Shown here in pieces: positions 9,619-19,354 of a stretch of 64,000 nt of DNA. How positions within the stretch are numbered: the first letter of the stretch is position 1; the number at the start of each line of letters is the position of its first letter. Origin of the DNA: Eledone cirrhosa (taxonomy: Eukaryota); contig OZ024741.1 of NCBI GenBank assembly GCA_964016885.1, positions 400,520,001 through 400,584,000 of the forward strand, given 5' to 3'. Position numbers and translations under genes: made by a program. Under the pieces are notes generated by a model, which made no database searches, had not been told where the DNA came from, and saw only the letters and a program-made list of their open reading frames with translations.

Positions 9619-10378
9619 GCTTTTAAGTACCTTCTTGAGTTCTTCCCCAAGTTATCTGAGGCCAAAATCAAAGGTGGAATTTTTGCTGGACCTCAGATAA
9701 AGAAGGTGTTTGAGTCTACCGAGTTCTCCAATAAGCTCAATAGGATTGAGAGAACACATGGAACTGTTTCAAGGCAGTTGTCAAGGGCTTCCTGGGCAAC
9801 TACAGAGCTGAAAACTACCAGCAACTGGTGCAGGATCTGATAAAGGCTTTTGGCGCCATGGGATGAAGGGTGTCGCTTAAACTCCATATGCTGGACGCTC
9901 ACCTGGAAAAATTCAAGGACAATATGGGCGCCTACTTAGAAGAACAAGGCGAACGATTCCACCAAGATGTGAAAGAGATAGAGCGGAGGTACTAGGGCCA
10001 TTACAATGAGAAAATGCTGGGGGACTATATTTGGGAGCTAGTGCGCGAATGAGACCTGGACTACAACCGCAAATCCAGGAAATCCAATCATTTCTGACGT
10101 GTATAAGTTGCTTTATAAGTGTTATTTGTTTTTACTTGTTTGCTTTTGATAAGCTTGTGTAATAAAATAAATATATACTCTGTTGATTTAATTATATGAA
10201 CTGATAAATTTTTTAAAATGTGTGTTTTCTTGAAAAATATGAAAATTTCGAAATATCAAACTCCTGACCACAAACCCAAACTTCTGATTAGATAATAGTG
10301 TTTTTTTAATAATAATGGGATATAACAAACCAGTAAATGACACTTAGAACCGGGGAACAAAAAATATGTTACACGGTG
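9619..10378 (+). mobile_element. 3' part of a Chapaev3-like (CMC superfamily) DNA transposon
   Basis: Transposase C-terminus followed by an AT-rich tail ending GTTACACGGTG|TAA, consistent with CAC..GTG termini and a TWA target site. Family assignment is from motif recall. Confidence 0.7.
9622..10097 (+). pseudogene. Transposase C-terminal fragment (Chapaev3-like)
   Basis: FPKLSEAKIKGGIFAGPQIK, a frameshift near 9755, then WNCFKAVVKGFLGN...SLKLHMLDAHLEKF..NMGAYLEEQGERFHQDV..IERRY*G...MLGDYIWEL, with three internal stops. Confidence 0.8.
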
Positions 10379-10859
10379 TAATCAGAGCAATATATAAAAA
10401 GTAATTCCATAGAATCATTAGATAAAATATATATACAATATTTCTTCTCCCAATCAGCATAAATCAACCACACACAAAATCATTTAAACGAGGCTATAAG
10501 TTTAAAATATACTTATGAAGAAACAATAGATAAATGATATAGCTTCTTATCCGCGATTTATAGCTACCAAAAATTTACCAAGTATTTCTAATAGCCTGTA
10601 GAAATTGACTAGACATGTAGTTAACCATACATAATTAGGTACAAAATCAAAGTTAGAAGAAAAAATGTACATAAACCTTACCAAAATCATCAAAATATCT
10701 CTCTCTCTCTATATATATATAAACAAAATTAGAATTTGATTTCTCGTTCTCACATAGCGGGTTACATAAATGTATTTATGAGTTATATCGAATATTAATA
10801 ACATTCGATCCGTTTGCAAGCAAACAGCCCCATTACGCTATGTTTATTTTTAAATGACC

Positions 10860-11220
10860 GTCATCATCCGTTCGTTCTAGCAGTGGCATAGACAGTCAAC
10901 ATGTTTCTGGGTTATTGACCTTTGTCAAGACTAAGTATCTCTCTGCCACTTGCTTGAACTATAGAGTGCACTGTACAGACTAGCTTGAGAGGATAAGTGT
11001 TTCAGTTTTCACAACACTGATTTTCATTCCAGCCATACAGCACTTGGCATCAAAACTGTCAAGTGTAATTCGGAGATCATCTTCTGTCGAGTTAAGTAAC
11101 ACCACATCGTCTGTAAATTCCAGCCGACTGATTTTACACCCGTCAATCATGATATCACTTCCAACCTGGCTGTGAATGTCAATCCTGTTCTTGAAAATAA
11201 TTAACAGAAGAGGTGACACC
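10860..11220 (-). pseudogene. Non-LTR retrotransposon (RTE-like) RT fragment
   Basis: SPLLLIIF...ISRLEFTDDVVLL...GMKISVVKTETL corresponds to LSPLLF..(F/Y)ADD..GL.IN..KT of LINE RT domains 4-6. The left boundary is uncertain. Confidence 0.75.
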
Positions 11221-11225
11221 CTTGG

Positions 11226-11815
11226 CAGGTTTAGAATTAACCAATAGAAAGTTAATAATTGGCCAAATGGTAAAATAGTTTTTAGTCTCCTTAGATATTT
11301 GCATTGGCATTACTATTTTATAACAGCAACTGTTCGTATACCTTTTACTGACCTGACCTATTTTCACCCCTAAAGTAACCTTCTCATTCTCCACACTCCA
11401 TTCAAAACTGAAATCTACCTTCATCTACCCCTAAAATAAACTTCAATTACTACTATTTTACCATTTGGCCAATTATTAACTTTCTATTGGTTAATTCTAA
11501 ACCTGTTACCAAACAGACAGACTATATCAAATCTTTGTTGTTTTTATTCAATGAACAAATATAATTATTTCTGAGGTCAGCATACGACCTATTTTCATCC
11601 CTAAAATAATCTTTCATTCATAATATTCTTTTCCATCCAAAACTGAAATCTACCTTCCTCTACCCATAAATTAAGGTTCTTTTACTACTAGATTACTATC
11701 TTGACCTTCACTATCTCTCTATTGGTCAATTCAAAACCTGTTCCCAAACAGACCTATTGTATTAAATCTTTGTTTTTTTCAATAAACAAATATCATTATT
11801 TCTGAAGACAGCATA
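11226..11815. repeat. Two diverged ~231-bp tandem units plus an upstream 54-bp inverted copy
   Basis: GACCTATTTTCA..AAAACTGAAATCTACCTTC..AAACCTGTT.CCAAACAGAC..TTATTTCTGA..CAGCATA starts at 11355 and at 11586. 11226-11279 is the reverse complement of 11452-11506. Confidence 0.8.
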
Positions 11816-12007
11816 TATATGTGTAGGTATGTATATTCCCTCTGATAGTTTGTATAAATATTTTACATAGATCTATAGAATATGCATACCAACACTAACA
11901 CATATATATCCTAGAAACGATCGTAAAATGATGAATTTTTTTAATATAAGGAACTGTTTCTTTGTTTATTCATTACTTTATTAATTTATATATATATATA
12001 TATATAT

Positions 12008-12148
12008 AACGTAGGAAGTGTGGTAAGGAACCAGATGGACCATAACGCACCAGAGTACTCAATACTTAGGGTAATAGAATGGGTAATAGGAAAATGTTTA
12101 ACCCCGTCAAAACGGCTTGAGCTCTGCCGTCGGGGTTAAACATTTTCC

Positions 12149-12153
<5 letters not shown>
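12008..12153 (-). mobile_element. Short fold-back insert in (TA)n carrying the 3' half of a hammerhead; same family as 14618-14808
   Basis: 12008-12106 is homologous to 14618-14715. Inverted arms are 12084-12106 and 12131-12153. The centre reads GTC-AAAA-CGGC-loop-GCCG-T-C-GGGG. Confidence 0.75.
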
Positions 12154-12212
<59 letters not shown>

Positions 12213-12232
12213 TTGGGGAGGGTCATATTGTT

Positions 12233-12336
12233 GTAATAATTGTTTCTACTTTAGGCACAATGCCAGAAAATTACCTAGTACATTACTGGTACTTTATTTT
12301 ATCGACCCCGTAAGGATGAAAGGGAAAGTTAACCTG
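12233..12336 (-). mobile_element. tRNA-derived SINE, 3' half
   Basis: Reverse complement of the CTTTCATCCTTACGGGGTCGA.AAAATAAAGTACCAGTAATGTACT core seen at 16988-17033 and 15808-15851. Confidence 0.8.
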
Positions 12337-12798
12337 CCATAATTAATAACAGAACACACTCACTGTTTGGTTGGTTTTCGCTTCTGTATCTTTTATATCA
12401 GTTAATTTATTCGGTCCTCAATGTTTACCATTGACTGACCAATGGTCAAAAATACACATATAATATAGACACAAACACATATATATAGTCTAACAAAATT
12501 CTTTCGTTGCACATCTGCAACATCGTCAGTGGTGCTATTATCTTCCTCCTGTTGTATTGTATATCTACGCCATCTTTATTTAATCTGTTTATTTATTTAT
12601 TTATTTACTTTTGTCTTCTTCTCTGCGCATGCGTTTGCGCGTGTATATAGAGTTTGGTGTGTGTTCGCGTTTTTTTTTTAATTGAGTTTCAATTATTTTC
12701 CCATATCTTACGTTAATTATTTTCCAATTTGACGTTATAGTCACTTATATATTATGAAATACTGTTGGCTTCTTGCTCACAATAATTTCTATATTTTC

Positions 12799-12830
<32 letters not shown>

Positions 12831-12834
<4 letters not shown>

Positions 12835-14014
12835 CAATAACAGAGATAGTTTAAAGCTAAACTCTGACTGGTAACATCTCACTCAACAATCATTAGGTTA
12901 TATTAAAATATAAACCCAATTTAAGTGTTTGGGGTGCTAACAAAATGTATAATGTGGAAAAACCAGTTGTATTATTTTATGAGATATAATTAAAGTTAAA
13001 GTATATCTCTCTTTCCAAACAATTGTTTCATTATAAGTTTTCTACAAGTTAGGGAGAATGTTTCCAGTTTATGTAGAAGCCTAATATATATTCATGTAAG
13101 AATATATTTAGGTGGGCATTTATAAATCGTCAGTGGAAGCCCATTAAACATTGATATAAGAAAACAAATTTCTTACCGCTGTCAAAAATCATGTCCGTAA
13201 AGTAGCTCTCTCTCACCTCGAATGACCGCCAAATTTGAAATTCCAGCAGTTTTTGACTGAGGAAGTATCATAGCGACACGAAGCGGGAAGGGGAGACAAC
13301 CCACAAATGAGGAAAAAAATAATAATATACACGCGGGTTAATTAGTTTTTTTGAAAACATCAACAATCCGACGTGTTTAAGAACTCAATTGAAAATCAAA
13401 AAATAAATATATGCTTGTATAAATTACACATGCATATAGATATTTTCTTAGGCTAAATCAGAAGTTGTACCCGAATAAGAACCACTTCTCATAACCGCAG
13501 TAAATGCAGAAAGTTATGCTATAAAGGGCAAATGGGAATATAATTCTCCGGCCGAAATATTAAGAGTAAAATTTAAAACACACGCGGGTTAATTAGTTAT
13601 TACAAAACCAATATTAGTTCCTCGTGTAAAGAACTCAATTAATAAAAGAAAATAAATACACATATGCATGTAATTATATACGTAGGCATATATATATATT
13701 TTCCTAGGCTAAAAAACAGAGAAGTTACAACCAAAAAAAGCCACAATATTTCACAACATTAAAATACGGAAAGTCAAATTCATAAGGTACCTGGAAATAA
13801 ACACCTCTGGCCAATCAAGAGTAAATATTTAATACAATAACAGAGATAGTTTAAAGCTAAACTCTGACTGGTAACCATCTCACTCAACAAACATTAGGTT
13901 ATATTAAAATATAAACCCAATTTAAGTGTTTGGGGTGCTAACAAAATGTATAATGTGGAAAAACCAGTTGTATTATTTTATGAGATATAATTAAAGTTAA
14001 AGTATATCTCTCTT
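12831..14014 (-). mobile_element. Non-coding retrozyme-like or non-autonomous PLE: 1000-bp unit with ~183-bp terminal direct repeats and a hammerhead
   Basis: 12831-13013 is nearly identical to 13831-14014. An internal ~251-bp tandem duplication (ACACGCGGGTTAATTAGTT at 13329 and 13580). (TA)n on both sides; no ORF. Confidence 0.85.
13013..13138 (-). ncRNA. Type I hammerhead ribozyme with branched long stem II and palindromic stem III
   Basis: Minus strand: TTCCA-CTGACGA-T-TTATAA-(two internal hairpins CCTAA..TTAGG and TTCTACA..TGTAGAA)-TTATAA-T-GAAA-CAATTG-T-T-TGGAA. Confidence 0.75.
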
Positions 14015-14617
14015 ATATATATAAATGAAAATATAGAAATTAATGTGAGCAAGAAGCCAACAGTATTTAATAATATATAAGTGACTATAACGTCAAATTG
14101 GAAAATAATTAACGTAAGATATAGGAAAATAATTCAAACTCAATTTTTAAAAAATCAAGACAGAGATTTTATCCACAGATTTTGTGAAATCCAGGGAAAA
14201 ACCAATAGAGTCTTAACTCATATATATATATATACAAATTTTAGTACAGCATTAACGAAGCTTTAGGCTGCGGCCAAGCTAACGAATGCAGATTCGGAAT
14301 ACAGCTAAGCACTCGATGGAGAATAATACCCCAGAGTTATAACAATATGTTTAGACAGCTTTGCAAATCAAATATAACGACCGACAGTCTAGCCGCATTG
14401 CCATAGCAACGAAAAAAAAAAGAAAAAATATATATATATATATATATATACTTATTTTACATTACTCCGGAATAAACAAACCAACCTGCCTACTTCGTCG
14501 AGTGCTCCAATCTGTATACTGAGGTGTCTGTAAACAACCCACATATACTCAGAATATATATATATATAAATATATATATAAATATATTTAAAAAAAAAAA
14601 ATATATATATATATATA

Positions 14618-14805
14618 ACGAAGGAAATGTGGTAGGGAACCAGGTGGACCATAACGCACCAAAGTACTCAATACTTGAGGTAGTAGAGTGGGTAATAGGA
14701 ACCAGTAGGACCCCGACAGCTGAGCTCAAGCCGTTTCGACGGCTAATTCTGGACTCAGAATTAGCCGTCGAAACGGCTTGAGCTCAGCTGTCGGGGTCTT
14801 ACTGG

Positions 14806-14808
<3 letters not shown>
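14618..14808. mobile_element. Fold-back insert in (TA)n, 53-bp arms, carrying hammerhead stem II-GAAA-stem III-UC on both strands
   Basis: Arms 14699-14751 and 14756-14808. Reads GACGGCTAATTCTG-GACT-CAGAATTAGCCGTC-GAAA-CGGC-loop-GCTG-T-C-GGGG; the CUGANGA half is absent. Confidence 0.8.
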
Positions 14809-14859
<51 letters not shown>

Positions 14860-14892
14860 CATATATATATATATACACATATATATATATAT

Positions 14893-14979
<87 letters not shown>

Positions 14980-15072
14980 TATATACATATATATATGTAT
15001 ATAAATATATATATAAATATATAAATATATATATATTATATATATATATATATACGTATATATATATATATA
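14809..15072. repeat. Long (TA)n microsatellite (other (TA)n tracts at about 3265-3400, 5103-5154, 5540-5598, 6131-6200 and 12153-12210)
   Basis: Directly visible. Confidence 0.95.
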
Positions 15073-15701
15073 TGCAAAAGTTTTATTTAAAATTGTTGGG
15101 TTACAACGAGTAAATATTTTATAACTGATATAAAAGCACTCAACAAGTTTTGGAGTATTTTGTCTGAAGAGGGCATACCATATTTTTAATATGCTATCCC
15201 TGAAATATATATAATGAAATAAATATGGTTTTATAAATGTAGTTTCCATTTGTTTAATATCGTTATATATATAAACACATTTATATAAATATAAGACCCA
15301 TACATACATACATACATACATACATACATACATTCCGGTCTGGTGACAAGGATAGAGTGACAGCTAGGTAAAGCACGTTTTCACACTGGTTAAAGTAACT
15401 CACCTATATTTACTTTGCTAGAGTTTGACACATGAATACGTATCGCCGCCGAAGAAATGTGCTATTTGTAAAAAAGAATCTCACTCTTCATTCAGCCTTC
15501 TTCCTTCTACGTTTCCTCACTCTGTCTCTGGTCTCTTGATACAGTCACAAACATTTCACCTTCTCAATAATTCCCTCTCTCGTCTGGTAATCACAATGTG
15601 ATGATAATGTACATCGGTAGCATACAAAACCTGGCTAAAAGGTAAGACGTGCTTATTTTATTTCCCAGAATAATAATTATTATTATCATTATTATTATTT
15701 T

Positions 15702-15931
15702 GGCAGTGGATTGACAGAATCGGTAGAGAATCTGATAACATGTTTAGCGGCATAGAGTTATGGTCCTTTTCGTTCTGAGTTCAAATCCCGCCGAAGTTAG
15801 CTTTGTCTTTCATCCTAACAGGGTCGATAAATAAAGCACCAGTAATGTACTGGGGTCGATTTAATCGACTTTCCCCTCCCCGCCAAATTACTGGCCTTGT
15901 ACCTATACTAGAAATCATTATTATTATTATT
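15702..15931 (+). mobile_element. tRNA-derived SINE, full length (cephalopod-type; central domain reminiscent of the Meta domain)
   Basis: A-box-like TGACAGAATCGGTAG, B-box GAGTTCAAATCC (15777-15788), central CTTTCATCCT...GGGTCGATAAATAAAG.ACCAG and an (ATT)n tail. Three more copies occur in the window. Confidence 0.8.
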
Positions 15932-15954
15932 ACCTTTCGTTTGGATTTATCTAA

Positions 15955-16450
15955 TAATTATTTTTTTCTCCAGACTGTGGCGTTCGAGACGTCTAGTGGA
16001 GTTGGGCCGCTGACAGCGAAGTTCTTGTCATCGCTGGCTGCCCACCTTACTGAGGTGTCAGGTGATGCCTGTGAGGGTACCTAGTTGTTTCAGCACCTTA
16101 ACCTCGCTATCACCTGGCCTTACTGAGGTGTCAGGTGATTCCCGTGAGGGTGCTTGGTTGTTTCAGCATCTCAGCCTCGCCATCACCTGGCCTTACTGAG
16201 GTGTCAGGTGATGCCCGTGAGGGTGCCTGGTTATTTCAGCACCTTAGCCTCACCATCACCAGACCTTACTGAGGTGTCAGGTGATGTCTGTGCGGGTACT
16301 TGGTTGTTTCAGCACCTTAGCCTCGCCATCACCCGAGGCAATGTTGTGAGCGTGTTGGAGTATTCCATTGACCCTTATCATATGATGTGTGACCGATAGT
16401 TACACTTGGTGGTGAATTGATGGTAGTTTTCGTTTTTGTTATTATTACAA
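15955..16450 (+). mobile_element. 3' fragment of a CRE-like non-LTR retrotransposon (restriction-like endonuclease C-terminus)
   Basis: YFFLQTVAFETSSGVGPLTAKFLSSLAAHLTEVSGD...WLFQHLSLAITRGNVVSVL matches the CRE-type pattern F.P.A.ET.G..G..A..FL..L...L....GD.R...LFQR.S.AI.RGNA.S.L. Confidence 0.75.
16045..16336 (+). repeat. 73-bp minisatellite x4 inside the CRE-like coding fragment
   Basis: CCTTACTGAGGTGTCAGGTGAT starts at 16045, 16118, 16191 and 16264. Confidence 0.95.
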
Positions 16451-16718
16451 ATATTTTATCATACAAAGCATATACATAAGTAGAATAACATAACAAATGT
16501 TTTAAATATATACATAAATAACATTACACATGCTTAGATAACATTATAAATTGCTCGCGATTCCCTCGGAAAGACATATTCTTTTAATGTTGCAATATTA
16601 AAGAAAATGTAAAGGAAGGGGTGAACCAGAGCAAAAGACAGTAACGAGGAGTCCTGGGGAACCTCTCTAATGATTTTTGAGGCAAGCCAGCACACTCGCA
16701 TCGTTTCCCCCCCCTCCA

Positions 16719-16774
<56 letters not shown>

Positions 16775-16886
16775 TTTCTTTCTCTCCCTCTGATCATATA
16801 TGTTGGTGTTGTTTTTGTGAAGTTCATGGCGATGGTTGTATTTGTTGTTATATATGTTTATATTTGTGTTTATCAACATTATATTT

Positions 16887-17075
16887 GTGGATTAGCAGTA
16901 TCAGTAGAGAGTCGGACACCATGCTTTGCAGCATAAAGTCACGGCCCTTTACGCTCTAAGTTCAAATGCCACCGAGGTAAACTTTACCTTTCATCCTTAC
17001 GGGGTCGACAAAATAAAGTACCAGTAATGTACTGAGATAATTGCTGGCCTTGTGCCAAAAGTAGAAACAATAATA
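16887..17075 (+). mobile_element. tRNA-derived SINE
   Basis: Homologous to 15702-15931, with B-box AAGTTCAAATGC and the same central core. Confidence 0.8.
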
Positions 17076-17247
17076 TTTGTAATGTTATACAACTGTCAAT
17101 ACAATATATGATCAGCTATTATCTATTAACTTTGCTACTTCTATAAATTCCAGCAGTTGTTGCTGTTCTACCATTACCTCCTACTTACAAGGTGTTTACA
17201 TTGTGTAACTTGAGGTGTTGGATATGCGATCCTTTGTGAAGCTACGT

Positions 17248-17248
17248 A

Positions 17249-17281
<33 letters not shown>

Positions 17282-17292
17282 CAGCAGCAACT

Positions 17293-17334
<42 letters not shown>

Positions 17335-17570
17335 TATATTTGAATATGTGAACCCTTGTGCTGTTTGCTTCGGTGACTGGTCCCTTTCTAGCTTGTAGTG
17401 TATAGTTGAATATAGTTGTTGTGTATAGTTGAATATGTGGTCCTTTTCTAAGGTGTTGTGTATAGTTGAATATGTGGTCCCTTTCTAGGGTGTTGTAGTG
17501 TATAGTTGAATATGTGGTCCCTTTCTAAGGTGTTGTTGTGTATAGTTGATTATGTGGTCCCTTTCTAGCT
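17248..17570. repeat. (TAG)n microsatellite followed by a ~37-40-bp minisatellite (TATAGTTGAATATGTGGTCCCTTTCTA.GGTGTTGT.GTG)
   Basis: Directly visible; about 4-5 units between 17340 and 17570. Confidence 0.9.
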
Positions 17571-17577
17571 TGAAATA

Positions 17578-17714
17578 GGGAGTACCACGAAAACAAGTGC
17601 TCAGAAATGGGGAGAAATGAGGCAAAATGGTGAGATTTTACATAATGAAAGCTATACCGATTTACACAAAAACGTGGACATCTCCCACTCGGACGGTGAG
17701 AGTTGACAAGTCTG
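17578..17714 (-). mobile_element. Partial MITE copy, inverted relative to 18713-18903
   Basis: GGAGTACCA..GGGGAGAAATGAGG.AAAATGG.GAGATTTTACATAA.GAAAGCTATACC..GAGAGTTGACAAGTCTG is the reverse complement of 18713-18871. Confidence 0.75.
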
Positions 17715-17804
17715 TATATTTGATGGGAGGATTTAATTCATTTCTCGCATCATTGAGTTTATAGGGACTACCTTAAACAATTCGACTATTGTTACCTTAT
17801 TGTC

Positions 17805-17920
17805 AGCTCTGAGTTCTAATCCTGCCGAGGTCAACGTTGTCTTTCATTAATATGGGGTCGATATAATCGACCTTTCCCCTTCCCATGAATTGCCGGTCTT
17901 GTGCTAAATGTTAGACAATT
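17805..17920 (+). mobile_element. Degenerate SINE copy
   Basis: CTGAGTTCTAATCCTGCCGAGGTCAAC..CTTTCAT..TGGGGTCGATATAATCGAC. Confidence 0.7.
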
Positions 17921-17944
17921 GTAACATAGCTATCATATCACATG

Positions 17945-17945
<1 letters not shown>

Positions 17946-18023
<78 letters not shown>

Positions 18024-18041
18024 TCCTCTCTCTCTCTCTCC

Positions 18042-18072
<31 letters not shown>

Positions 18073-18075
18073 TTC

Positions 18076-18108
<33 letters not shown>

Positions 18109-18154
18109 TCCTCTCTCTCTCTCTCTCTCTCTCTCTATTTCTCTCTTCTTCCTT

Positions 18155-18225
<71 letters not shown>

Positions 18226-18227
18226 TA
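17946..18227. repeat. (CT)n microsatellite (also (CT)n at 16722-16771 and (CA)n at 18372-18418)
   Basis: Directly visible. Confidence 0.95.
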
Positions 18228-18369
18228 GCTAAACAAGTTTCATATTCCATTCCGAAATAATTATGAAAAACATATTGTCAGTTTTTGTGAAACCTTCTGG
18301 TGTATTTTCTTAATATGAGGCCTCCAAGTTTTATATAACTAAGGGCCACATCATGTGTAAAACTGTAGT

Positions 18370-18411
<42 letters not shown>

Positions 18412-18712
18412 ACACACAAGCCGATGTGGGGGCCTGAATTTAATGTAAACCGATCCTCGCCCTAACCCCAAGAAATCCGAACCCTAACTTAAACTTTAAC
18501 ACACAAGGGCTGATAAGATGTAACTAACCTAAGTACACTTTAAACTAAACATGGACAACCTTTTACGAGCAATGGGTCTCATAGGATGTGATTCATCATA
18601 AGGCGGGACGCATTACTAAAAGAATCAGAGCAATTTTTAAATTTGGCGTACCATCCAGAAAGCCAAACTGGCTGCATATTGTTCGCAGGCCACAGCTTAC
18701 ACATGACTCCTC

Positions 18713-18903
18713 CAGACCTGCCAACTCTCCTCGTCGACGGGAAAGAACTCCCACCCAATTTGGGTGAGAAATGTCTTCTCTTGTGAAAATGGGTATAGCT
18801 TTCCTTATGTAAAATCTCCCCATTTTACCTCATTTCTCCCCGTTTTGGGGCACTATTTTTCATGGTACTCCTCCCTTGGGTTTTAAGAGGTTGGCAGGGT
18901 TTG
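18713..18903 (+). mobile_element. ~190-bp MITE with terminal inverted repeats (hAT-like ends)
   Basis: CAGACCTGCCAACTCTC ... GAGGTTGGCAGGGTTTG. No clear target-site duplication. Confidence 0.65.
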
Positions 18904-18909
18904 TTGCTC

Positions 18910-19354
18910 TCTAAACTATCCCGAACAAATCCTAACGAACTCTTAAGTCTAACTCTTAATCAAACCCTAGCTCTAACCCTAAAGAACAATTCATTTTATT
19001 TTTTAGAAAGGGAAAGTTTTAAATATATACAAATATAACATTACAAATATAATGTTGATAAATACAAATATAAACACATAACAAATACAATTAAACCCTG
19101 AAGAACCCCAAATTTAACTCGAAATCAAACCTTGACTCTAACCTTAAAGAAACTTAATTCTAATTCTAAATTAAACCCTAGCACTAACCCTAAAGAACAA
19201 TAACACTAACTCTGAATCAAACCCTAACCCTAACCCTGAAGAATCCAAACACTAATTCTAATCCCAACGAACCCTAAACCTAACTCTAAATAAAGCCCTA
19301 ACTCTAAACTTAAATCTAACTCTAAATTAAACCCTAATTCTAACTCCAACGTAC
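18910..19354 (+). repeat. Divergent edge of the satellite with degenerate and perfect CCCTAA repeats
   Basis: Irregular AACCCT/AACTCT units; CCCTAACCCTAACCCT at 19222-19237. Confidence 0.85.

Larger units (their letters stand above)
12670..14154. repeat. ~133-bp inverted repeat pair (12670-12802 / 14022-14154) bracketing the 1-kb element
   Basis: ATCTTACGTTAATTATTTTCCAATTTGACGTTATAGTCACTTATATATTA..ACTGTTGGCTTCTTGCTCACA appears reverse-complemented at 14044-14121. Confidence 0.88.

Noticed and set aside
14260-15650. Short unique-looking stretches between TA tracts (14260-14410, 14452-14555, 15333-15650; also 3440-3560 and 4161-4270) as possible host exons
   Set aside because: No recognisable protein motif or consistent splice pattern; probably further repeat fragments that cannot be classified without a search.
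15702-15800. tRNA gene
   Set aside because: A and B boxes are present, but no cloverleaf could be folded, and the sequence continues into a SINE body repeated four times in the window.
16045-16336. CRISPR-like regular repeats
   Set aside because: The whole 73-bp unit is repeated with no unique spacers, there are no cas genes, and the context is eukaryotic.
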